64,000 nt of DNA from Nemertoderma westbladi (taxonomy: Eukaryota; Animalia; Xenacoelomorpha). The stretch is from NCBI GenBank assembly GCA_032718475.1, contig JAUCBJ010009049.1:1-64000 (forward strand), in the 5' to 3' direction. The position numbers and the translations under genes are program-made. Positions 1 through 10,909 of this stretch are shown here, piece by piece. Numbering within the stretch: position 1 is the first letter of the stretch; every line of letters begins with the position of its first letter. The notes beneath the pieces are model-generated. The model saw nothing but the letters and a program-made list of their open reading frames with translations. It ran no database searches and was not told the DNA's origin.

Positions 1-918
1 CCCCTCCCTCCATCCCTCTACTCCCTACAACCCCCCCCGCCCCCCCTCCCTCCAATCCCCTACTCCCACACGTGCTTCTTTTTTATCTAATCGATTGTCC
101 TAAAATCTAATTTTCGAAAAAAATAGTGACTTATCAAATAGACAATATCCCGTTATTTCAGCTGAATTTAGCCACATTAGGTGTGTAGAAAAATGGTGTC
201 AAGTTGAATCTTGGTTGAAAGTATAAAAATTCATTTATTACAACATGTACGTGTAGTTTTAGAACGAAGAGATGTTACGCAGCATAATAAATACATAATA
301 ACATTTCAGATATCCAAATATTAATAGCAATTTGGTCTCCGAGCAACAAGTAATCAATTATATAGATTCGACTGCAGCGATTGATGAATTACATTTAATC
401 CATAAACCACCAGGTGAGTCATGATAAAAATATACCAATATATTTAACAGTTATTAGCTGAAAATTTATTATATTAACCTGATAACTCGTAAAAACCTCA
501 ACAATCACAGAATAGTTGAATTTCGTTAAAAATTTAAATTAACTAGTAACGAAAAAGTTTCCTTTACTTTTCTTTGTAACCACATTTCTTTATCTAACTA
601 CAGTGTTTGGGTAGCCCTGGGTGTGGTGCGAGATTATGTCAATTGGTTATTTTTTTTTACTATTTTTATCGTCACGTCAAGTTTATATCGTCTGATAAAA
701 TTGTGTCGGAATATTAATTTTCACAAAGCCTGAATAAAGGAAGATATTATAGATCACACTCAAAATACCAGAGAATAAATAATGCCTAACTAATTTAATT
801 AGGGATTTATTTAGTAATTTATGGTTAACCAGTTTAATATATTACGCTCATAAGGTATAATTTAATAATGCCTTATTTCCGTTCCGTCACCAATTCACAT
901 GCTAATGTCACTTGCCCA

Positions 919-1852
919 GTCTCTATGGCTACGGCTACTTACCTCTCAGAGACACTGTCCCGTCTATATGGTCACCCGTTCATGGGTCATGGGTCAATTT
1001 CACGTCTCTATGGTTACGGCTACTCACTTTTCAGAGACACTGTCCCGTGTCCCGTCTATGGTCACCCGTTCACATCATGGGTCAATTTCACGTCTCTATG
1101 GTTACTGCTACTCACTTCTCAGAGACACTGTCCCGTGACCCGTCTATATGGTCACCCGTTCACATGGATCAATTTCACGTCTCTATGGTTACGGCTACTC
1201 ACTTCTCAGAGACACTGTCCCGTGTCCCGTCTATATGGTCACCCGTTCACATGGATCAATTTCACGTCTCTATGGTTACGGCTACTCACTTCTCAGAGAC
1301 ACTGTCCCGTGTCCCGTCTATATGGTCACCCGTTCACATGGGTCAAGTTCACGTCTCTATGGTTACGGCTACTTACTTCTCAGAGACACTGTCCCGTGAC
1401 CCGTCTATATGGTCACCCGTTCACATCATGGGTCACTTTCACGCCTCTATGGTTACGGCTTCTCACTTCTCAGAGACACTGTCCCGTGTCCCGTCTATAT
1501 GGTCACCCGTTCAAGCAAGCAAGCAAGCAAACAGTCGGCCGAAGCCGGAGGCGACCTGAAGGCTCCTCTTTCGATAGCTGCTACCCGAGGGTAGGGGTGG
1601 GCGCTACTCCTATCCCAAGATTTGCTCCCAGTTATTTAACTGGTACTCATTTTATCGACCCCAGTGGATGAAAGGCTGAGTGGACCCTGGCGGGGCTGAA
1701 CCTACAACCAATAGATTGCAGGCCCGGCGCTCAACCAAATGAGTCACCCGTTCACATGGGTCAATTTCACGTCTCTATGGTTACGGCTACTTACTTCTCA
1801 GAGACACTGTCCCGTGACCCGTCTATATGGTCACCCGTTCACATGGGTCACT
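919..1852. repeat. 87-bp minisatellite (~8 units), interrupted by a SINE
   Basis: The unit GTCTCTATGGTTACGGCTACTCACTTCTCAGAGACACTGTCCCGTGTCCCGTCTATATGGTCACCCGTTCACATGGATCAATTTCAC recurs, e.g. starting at 1179 and 1266. The unit length is a multiple of 3, which explains the repetitive ORFs at 868-1671 and 912-1559. Confidence 0.95.
1514..1742 (-). mobile_element. tRNA-derived SINE (Nin-domain-like), 5'-truncated, with (TTGC)n tail and 12-bp TSD
   Basis: Flanked by the direct repeat GTCACCCGTTCA (1502-1513, 1743-1754). (GCAA)n lies at the left end and a tRNA-like remnant at the right end. The internal CTGGTACTCATTTTATCGACCCC...GGATGAAAGGC resembles the conserved Nin-type SINE domain (recognised from memory). 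Confidence 0.75.
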
Positions 1853-2396
1853 TTCCCGTCACTATTGTTGCACTTTTTTACAATATTTCCTTAATTTCCG
1901 TATATTTTGCAGTTGATGAGGACACCTTGTTGTCATGGTGTCAGAACGTAACTGGAATATTTCTTGCTGATTTGCGTTCATCACCTATGCGTAATGGCGA
2001 CACACTGTGTGCAATACTTCATTCTATTCTTCCGGAATCTATGTAAGTGTTTTAATAATCACTAAAAATAACCTTAGATGTCAAATTTATTGCTTTATAT
2101 CTATGATAATCCAAATTTATAAAATGTATTCACCACATCCTGGAATATATTGTCTTAATTCAATGACTTGGACCCCACCCCCTAATTGTTCTACAAATCT
2201 TAATGAGATTGCATGAACTTTGGAATTAAATAGAATAAATAGCCTGCAGCGGGAGCAAATACATGTAACTTTACAACGCCCTTATAATATCAATTATTTC
2301 GCAAGAGAAATTCAGGATTTATTACATTTGAAATCCCTGTAAGCTGTAAGCCCGTTGGTACCTGTAACCTCATCTTTCCATTGCTTGGTGGAAATA

Positions 2397-3114
2397 GCTA
2401 CTTTCCAACGAACTATGGAGAAATTATTGAACGGCATTTCAACTGAAGAAGATAAACAATTCCATGTATTTATTGATGATATAGTAAAATCAATTACATT
2501 TACAGAGCACCTGATTCATCTGAAACTTGTCTTACAACGGATTAAGAAAGTAAATCTGAAGTTGAAACAAAAGAAATGTAAGTTTAGTCAGATAGAAATA
2601 AAATGTCTGGGACATGTTATTTCACGAAATGGGATTGAGTCCTGATCCAGCAATAATATCGAAAAAGTTATAAATTACCCTGAACCTCGAAATATAAAAG
2701 AAGTGTGAATCTTTCTTGGATTAACGTATTATTACCGGCGTTTTGTTGAAGGTTACGGAAAAATCGCAAAACCTTTATATAATTTACTCCAAAAAATTAC
2801 GCCTTTTGTTTGGACAAATTAAACACGGATAGGATTTTTGGGAACTAAAGAATCGACTTATCACTACACCGGTTTTACAATACCCGGACTTCAACAAAGA
2901 ATTTGTACTTGAAACTGATGCAAGTGGCAATGGTTTTGCCGCCATACTTTCACAGATTAGCACCATTGACAACAAATTACACCTCATTATTGCTTATGCA
3001 TCAAAACATATAAACAATGATCAACAGCAATATGATGCACCACACCTGGAGTTGTGGGCTCTAAACTGGGCTTGTCAACATTTCCGCCATTACTTGTATG
3101 GTCATTTGGCAACA
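2397..3114 (+). pseudogene. Ty3/Gypsy pol fragment (RT C-half and RNase H), duplicate of 4601-5312
   Basis: Reads ATFQRTM, FIDD, LK..KC.F....I..LGH and LETDAS, with stops and frameshifts. Near-identical to the copy at 4601. Confidence 0.9.
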
Positions 3115-3547
3115 ATATTACATTTTTTATAATATATTGGTTCTACAGAGTGATGCTGGGTTTTAGCATTATTAATTTGACATTTTTTTATTGCGAAATT
3201 AGATTCACTGAAAAATTCCATGAATAAACTTTGCGAGACATTCCTCAACTATTCTTTGACAACAAACTGTCTATCTATCTATCTATTTTGAGTAAGAAAT
3301 GTGAAAATTAAAATGTAAGCCTTAAAACTGAGTAAGTACTGTTATATTTATTCAAAAATATGAAATTTCTTCAGTAAATGTGAGACTGTTGTAATCAGCT
3401 ATTTTTTAGTAAAAAATAATAATCGTTTAAAACCAAACATCACCCTATAGAAACAATATTAACTTATATACTATTTACTTAAAATTCTTCACAAACTTAT
3501 TAACTGAAAACAGTATCTAGCATATAGGCAACATTAAATTTAACATT
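3115..3547. mobile_element. Truncated left part of the foldback/MITE-like element at 5313-6345
   Basis: Direct near-copy of 5313-5789. Confidence 0.7.
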
Positions 3548-3549
3548 CA

Positions 3550-3826
3550 TACCACCTGTATCAACCACCCTACGTGAACGCAGATTAAGATTCAGTGGGC
3601 ACTGCTGGCGAAGTAAAGACGAGGTCAAACCAGATCTACTTCTCTGGCAACCAACTCATGGAAAGCGTAGTCGTGGATGACCGGCCATAACATATATAGA
3701 TCAACTTGAAAGGGATACTGAACTTGGGAGAAACGAAATTGTGACAACTATGGAGAATCGGGAAGCCTGGAAGGATCTCATTTCCACGGTCCGAGTTCGC
3801 TCGACCTAGTAGTACAGTAGTAGTAT
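3550..3826 (+). mobile_element. RTE-clade LINE 3' end fragment with (TAG)n tail
   Basis: Translates to LRERRLRFSGHCWRSKDEV, then LLLWQPTHGKRSRG*PAITYIDQL, typical of RTE-like ORF C-termini. Ends in TAGTAGTACAGTAGTAGTA. Confidence 0.8.
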
Positions 3827-3829
3827 CAC

Positions 3830-5312
3830 AGATTCGGTACACGAAGCTGAAACTGATGGTTATAGCATGCTCGGTGTACTAAATTTAGATTCTTTACATA
3901 AGTCAATACCAGAGGGATTGATAATAGGCCAATGTACAAAAATTGAGAACATTGGATCTATCTTTGAATGATAACAAAAATGAAGAGGAAACAATAATTG
4001 AGATAGGAGAAAGTAATGTTTCATTGGTTACTGATGTCAATGAGAGACATAATATTATACAGGAGCAAGTTGATCTATCAGATACAGACCTAACCATAGA
4101 AGAGAAAGAAAAATTGCTTAATGTATTAAAAGAATACAATGAAGTGCTTCAACTATCAGATGATGAGCTTGGTAGAACGGAATTAGCAGAACATTCAATC
4201 GATACTGGTACTAATATTGCAATTAAGAGAACACCTCACACTCTTTAAAACAGTAATTGCCAATGAAATTGACAAAATGGTGAAATTCAGTATTATACAA
4301 CCATCACAAAGTCCGTTGTCTTCTCCTGTACTATTAGCTAAGAAGTCAGGTGGCACTCCACACTTTTGTGTCGATTACAGGAGGCTGAACAGTATCACTG
4401 TTAAGGATAACTACCCACTACCACATATTGATGATATATTAGATGATTTACAGCCCTCGAAATATATCTCAACACTTGATTTGGCTACCGGCTACAGACA
4501 GATCCCGATGTCATATAGAGACATTCCTAAACCAACATTTAATTGTTGCTCTGGATTTTATGAATTCATAGTACTTGCCTTCGGATTATGTAACGCACCA
4601 GCTACTTTCCAACGAACTATGGAGAAATTATTGAACGGCATTTCAACTGAAGAAGATAAACAATTCCATGTATTTATTGATGATATATTAGTAAAATCAA
4701 TTACATTTACAGAGCAACTGAAACTTGTCTTACAACGGATTAAGAAAGTAAATCTGAAGTTGAAACAAAAGAAATGTAAGTTTAGTCAGATAGAAATAAA
4801 ATATCTGGGACATGTTATTTCACGAAATGGGATTAGTCCTGATCCAGCAATAATATCGAAAAAGTTCTAAATTACCCTGAACCTCGAAATATAAAAGAAG
4901 AGTAAATGTTTCTTTGATTAACGTATTATTACTGGCGTTTTGTTGAAGGTTACGGAAAAATCGCAAAACCTTTATATAATTTACTCCAAAAAATTACGCC
5001 TTTTGTTTGGACAAATTAAACACGGTTAGGATTTTTGGAACTAAAGAATCGACTTATCACTACACCGGTTTTACAATACCCGGACTTCAACAATGAATTT
5101 GTACTTGAAACTGATGCAAGTGGTAATGGTTTTGCCGCCATACTTTCACAGATTAGCACCATTGACAACAAATTACACCTCATTATTGCTTATGCATCAA
5201 AACATATAAACAATGATCAACAGCAATATGATGCACCACACTTCTTGGAGTTGTGGGCTCTAAACTGGGCTTGTCAACATTTCCACCATTACTTGTATGG
5301 TCGTTTGGTAAC
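3830..5312 (+). pseudogene. Ty3/Gypsy pol fragment (pre-RT, RT, RNase H), disrupted
   Basis: ORFs 3943-4248, 4217-4870 and 5035-5427 give PSQSPLSSPV, FCVDYRRLN, YPLPHIDD, LDLATGYRQI, FGLCNAPATFQR, FIDD, ETDAS and IAYASK. Confidence 0.92.
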
Positions 5313-6345
5313 AATATTAAATTTTTTTATAATATATTGTTTCTACAGAGTGATGTTGGGTTTTAGCACTATTAATTTCACATTTTTTTATTGCGAAATT
5401 AGATTCACTGAAAAATTCCATGAATAAACTTTGCGAGACATTCCTCAACTATTCTTTGACAACAAACTGTCCATCTATCTATCTATTTTGAGTAAAAAAT
5501 TTGAAAATTAAAATGTAAGCCTTAAAACTGAGTAAGTACTACTGTTATATTTATTCAAAAATATGAAATTTCTTCAGTAAATGTGAGACTGTTGTAATCA
5601 GCTATTTTTTTTAGTAAAAACTAATAATGTTTAAAATGTTTAAAATATGTTTAAAATGTTTATGATATGTTTAAAACCAAACATCACCCTATAGAAACAA
5701 TATTAACTTTAATACTATTTACTTAAAATTCTTAACAAACTTATTAACTGAAAACAGTATCTAGCATAGGCAACATTAAATTTAACATTTTTTTTAGTCA
5801 AAGTTAGATTCATGTTCCCTTTGAAGGCGTTTCTAAATTTATTCAGGATAAAGCCACACAGCAGGAGCAGAGTGTATTTCATCTTTGATAATTGCCAAAT
5901 TATTCATTTCTCTAGGTGGTGTAAATAAAACATCTTCCTGTGTGTGGATTATTTATTTTCCACGACAAATGTAGTTAACACTTGTATTTCCAGTTGTAAC
6001 ATACTATTTGTGTATCGATTATGGAATGACCGATCTTATAACCTTATAATCTTATAATATGACTTCATAACCTTATTGAATTAATTATTATTATTAACTA
6101 TTAAAACCTTATTTTATTAACTAAACAAACAAACTAGCTTTTATAATCATTTTAATTTTCACATTTTTTACTCAAAATAGATAGATAGACAATTTGTTGT
6201 CAAAGAATAGTTAAGGAATGTCTCGCAAAGTTTATTCATGGAATTTTTCAGTGAATCTAATTTCGCAATAAAAAAATGTCAAATTAATAGTGCTAAAACC
6301 CAGCATCACTCTGTAGAACCAATATATTATAAAAAAATGTAATAT
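5313..6345. mobile_element. Non-autonomous foldback/MITE-like element with ~200-bp terminal inverted repeats
   Basis: 6148-6345 is the reverse complement of ~5313-5515 (and of 3115-3315). Gypsy homology stops where the left arm begins. No ORF; TSD not resolved. Confidence 0.7.
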
Positions 6346-6934
6346 ACTATATTAAGACTGACACATTGACTTACCTACACATAGTTGCAACACTACAGTG
6401 TATACATGAGACATTGTTTCATAATGTTACATATCGAATAACACTATTACTGCTATATCTAGCACATACTCACAACAATCAATACCCTACATCTAAACAT
6501 TAATTATCATTCCATCTTATATTCAAACGTAATTAACCTGTCAATATTGTACTGATAATGTATGTAGAACAAGTAGATTATTATTATTAGTTAGATGTAT
6601 TTCGTATTAATTAATATGCATTTTATGCTATCGAAATCATTAGAATAATTGGATCTCGTTGGTGACATATGCTATAGTATAGAATTCAATGAATAATAAT
6701 TTATAATTGATACTACCACAAGCTATTTGTAAACATCTGCGACCAGTTATGATGAATAAATCGATATTGAATAATTATTACTTGGCATTCAACAGCTATA
6801 ACTCGAATATTTATCGCCTTTTTCTCTCGTGGTTGGATGGGAGAGTGAGTGGAGAAATGTGGGGAGTTATAACGATCCTGAGTTCGAATCCGGTTGAATA
6901 TTTTGTTATCTGAAAAATTGCAAAATTAAATTTA

Positions 6935-7175
6935 GTTACTGGTGAAAAATAGTAGAAGTTACCTGTAGATACCTCTAGCGTCTGTAAAATAAAGGTTGGT
7001 GAATATGAAAAATACTGGTTGGTGAAAAATAGCGATTTGAAAAATAGTAGACGTTACCTGTAGACACCCGTACACCTGTAAAATAAAGGTTGGTGAAAAA
7101 TTGCGATTTGAAAAATAGTAGAAGTTACCTGATGCTAAGTGTAGACACCCGAACACCTGTAATATAAAGGTTGGT
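6935..7175. repeat. Short degenerate tandem repeat
   Basis: AAAATAGTAGAAGTTACCTG...GACACCCG...CTGTAAAATAAAGGTTGGTGA occurs about 3 times. Confidence 0.75.
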
Positions 7176-7410
7176 GATTGGATGCAGTACTAGCGTTTGG
7201 TGACTAATAACGCCTCTAGCGGAATAAGCGGGAACATGAGAAGTTACCATGGTTATGGATGAAATGCTGACATCTGATTGGTTGAAATAATAATGACCAC
7301 TGCTAAAGGTTGAAATGGTGGCTTCTGATTGGATGCAGTACTAGAAATATATGGTAATGATGGGCTATGGGTGACCATTATCCAGTGTCATACAAACATA
7401 TACTACTGAA

Positions 7411-10400
7411 AGGATACCTAAAGTCAAGTGCAAAGTCGATGTTCTGGAGTCTGGACTTGTGACAAAGTAAGCCCCGATAAATAATAGGACTCCAACTCAA
7501 AATCGGTGAAGACTTGATCTGTTTACCTTGGTTGATCGCTGTGAATTCTCGTGCGAAATATCGCAATTGATAATGGCGAATGATATCAACTTCACAATGA
7601 CCATACCCTCGGTATGGTATAGTCTTGTAGGAACGTCAGTTGGGCTTCCCAGTCCCTCCATTGCTCAGCTAACTTTTCTGGGATGGGGTCGTCCCATTCC
7701 AGTCCGGCTTGCCAATTGCTGCGGAGTATGATCCCAGCATGTAGGACTAATGAACTGGACTAATGAAACACAATGGGTCATACAATCGACTCATGGTCGA
7801 TAAGCAAGTCCTCTTAGTGAGAGGTCTAGTCTGGTCGTTGGACCTTACACGTACCCTAAAATTGTCGGTGTTAGGGTCCCAACTAAGTCCTAATACTTTG
7901 GTCGTCAGTAGAGGTTCTAGTTCTAAGTCCAAGTCACCTCCACTGCGATCCGTCGGGTCAAATGAGTTCACCAGTTCGGGTTTGTTGGAAGCGAACTTCG
8001 TCAGGTGAAATCCGCCCTCGTCGAGACAATCCTGGAGTTGGTGTGCTACGGTTGTAGCGCGCTCCAAGGTGTCACAACTCTTGAGGCCGTCATCCACGTA
8101 GAAGTCTCGTTCCACGGTCCAAACTACTTCTGGGTCAAATTGGTCTCGTCTGTCCAATGCGGTCTACTTTAAGGCGTACATGGTGCAGTTGGGGCTGTCC
8201 CTGGCTCCGAAAACTCTTACCTGCATTTGGTAAGTTTCTGGCGGAAGTTCTAAATTTCTGTCCGGATACCAAAGAAACCTCAAGCTGTCCCTGTCCCGCT
8301 CCAAAGCCTTAACCTGGTGAAACATGGCCTCTACGTCACAGGTGAAAGCCACTTTGCATTGTCTAAAACGCATTAGGACTCCCATGAGGTAATTATTCAT
8401 ATTCGGCCCGTCCATCAGTTCGCTGTTCATAGACATCCCTTGGTAAAGCGCGGCGCAGTCGTTGACTACACGCACCTTGCCAGGTTTGTCCGGGTGTCGA
8501 ACAAAATGATGTGGCAGGTAATATGTCTGATCTGTGGTTACCTCGGGATTTAACATCCTAATGGCGTATCCCTTTTGGAGATACGTCTGAAGTTGTGCAT
8601 TGTATTGCATATGGGCCGTCTCGTCTCGCAACAATCGCTGCCTTATTGATTTGAGTCGCCTCAAAGCAAGCGGGTAATTGTTAACGAGCTTAGGTTGTCC
8701 ATTGCGCCACAATATGCCAACCTCGTAGTGGCCATTCGCGGTCTGGCGAATGGTATCTCTCATAATATTTAATGACCGTTTTTCATGTTCTGCCATAGCG
8801 GTCTCGTAACTACCGGGTTCTGCTGAGTCCTGTTCCAACCATTGAATGGTCCGTTCAGTCAGCAGTCAGTCAAGCACTGCTTGCACTGCGCTATGGTCCT
8901 CGTCCACGTCTTCGTCCGCTGCGGTGGCTAGTGTCAATGTGTCTGGTAGGCTCGCAAGCCTTCTGGTGTCACTAGTTGGCGTCGAATCGTTGTATGGCGG
9001 TTTGACAACCTCTTGATCTGTCGGTAGGCTCGCAAGCCTTCCAAGATCAATGACCGGTGTCGAAGCCTGGTGGGTGGGGTCAATGACCTTCGGATTTTTC
9101 GGTAGGCTCGCAAGCCTTCCAAAATCCTCGTTCATCGAGTCATCCACAGCAACAACCCTTTGGTCTTCAGTAGTCAATACAACCTGGTTTACTGCAAGTA
9201 GTTGTTAAGTCAGAGGTCCGTGTGGTCGTGTCCAGATCAGTTATGTCAGTATCGGTGGCGCCTGCGTTAGCAACGCAAGTCTGTCGTAGTGCCGTCTGTA
9301 CAATTGGACCACAGGAGTGTGAAGGAGAATTATCTATCGTGTTAGTCAATAAACTACACGTACTCAAAACGTCGTCCTCCTGGTCACTTACCTCTAGTGA
9401 ACGTATTGGTGCTCTAGTATACCAACCTATGGGAGTTCTACATGCGTAGGGGTTGCCCGCTGTAATAACAGATGGGCGTGTCTCCCATACCTGATGTAAG
9501 TTAAACTGGTCTGTCACAATTAACATCGCGATGGAACGATAATTGACAGGACATTCCAGTATTCCAAGGTGTCGGAAATACTTACGATCTTCCGGTGATT
9601 GCTCTGGCACAGGGCCGAGCAAGTTACTAAAGTCCTTCATAGCTTCAAAGGTCAAATTTCTTACCGGAAGTAATGAGCGCTCCTCCTTGCTGTGTTCTGC
9701 TTTGGAAAGAAGAGTGTCTAAGGTTAGTTTTACTCTCGTCACAGGAATCGCTCTCTTACCATGCATGCTGCTTACAGTATACTGAGCAGTCTTACCTTGA
9801 CTCATGTCAGTAACCACGTCGGCTACTTGTTCGTCGACATAACTATGCGATGACGCAGAGTCTAAGATAGCGTATATACGCTTGCTCCCTCGGGTTCCAG
9901 TAATCTTTATAGGAATCACGCCAAACCCTTTCAATTGGTTCTGTGTGAGGAGTGTTATCAATGGCTGTTCCTCACCCGCATGCACGTAAAATGTGTCGTC
10001 TTCCTCCTTGTCCTCGTCCGATGATTCCGATTGATCCATACAATCCGTGTAGAAAGTACGAATCTCGCGTGACGCACGCTCCTTATAAAGCGCGTCGCAT
10101 CTAGCCGCTTTATCTGGATACTCTCGTCGAAAGCGTTTGGTCGGAGTATGACTCGTCGTGTGGAGTAACGCGTCGTGGTTGCGTCCACACTGAGGACATG
10201 TATCGTTGCTCGGGCAATCCTTCCGGACGTGTCCTGGCTTCATACATCTCCAGCAGGAATCTAACAATCGAATCTGGAGTCTCCTCTCTTCGATTCCTAA
10301 CTCCTTAAAAGCGCGACACCCACAAAGTTTATGTCCGCTATAATTTCTGCCGTTCCGCTTACAGTATGAGCATCCCACAAAGTCCGCCGGCAACTGTTGT

Positions 10401-10909
10401 CGTGGCTGTGTGGTGCCGATAGGCATCAGAACTTTAGAAGTCTCAGTAGGGGTGGCGTAGGTAACGGCTTTCGCGTTCGTCGGAAATGGTTTGGTCCGAG
10501 TCGGCGCAGAAATAGCTATCCCTTCTGCCGCGATATGGTGATCGGTATAGTTCGATCGAGTCTCAATCACGGCCTCCCGTGAAATCAGTTGGTAGACGTC
10601 GGTGAGTTTCAATAGCCCGCCGGCTTCTTCACGCTAGTACTCGATGCATCGCCATTCTCGTCGGACTCGATGGTGAAGTCGACCGATTATCCTAATAAGA
10701 ACCGTTGGTGCGTTAGCTTATTCGAGTTGTCCAATGGACCGTAAAGTCCCTATAGCGTTCTGTATTTCGTCCGCGAGTCATAAAAGGTCGATCGGTTTCG
10801 AAATATTGCCTCCTCTGCAGAGGTCTTCTATAATGGATTTAGCCATGGCCACGTTACCGCCGTAAATCGAATACAAACGGTCATACACCAACTCAAAGGC
10901 ATCTGGAAC
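7411..10909 (-). mobile_element. BEL/Pao family B copy 1 (degraded gag-protease-RT fragment with internal deletions)
   Basis: Collinear with B2 39010-42167, plus pieces of B2 37132-37320 and ~38865-39010. Motifs: Gag knuckles CWRCMKPGHVRKDC and CPQCGRNH, protease ILDSAS, RT YYLPHH..KVRVVND, DVEAMFHQV, FGARDSP, FYVDD. Confidence 0.95.

Noticed and set aside
868-1671. Overlapping repetitive ORFs (267 aa, 215 aa)
   Set aside because: They result from the 87-bp (29-codon) minisatellite lacking stops; there is no independent coding evidence.
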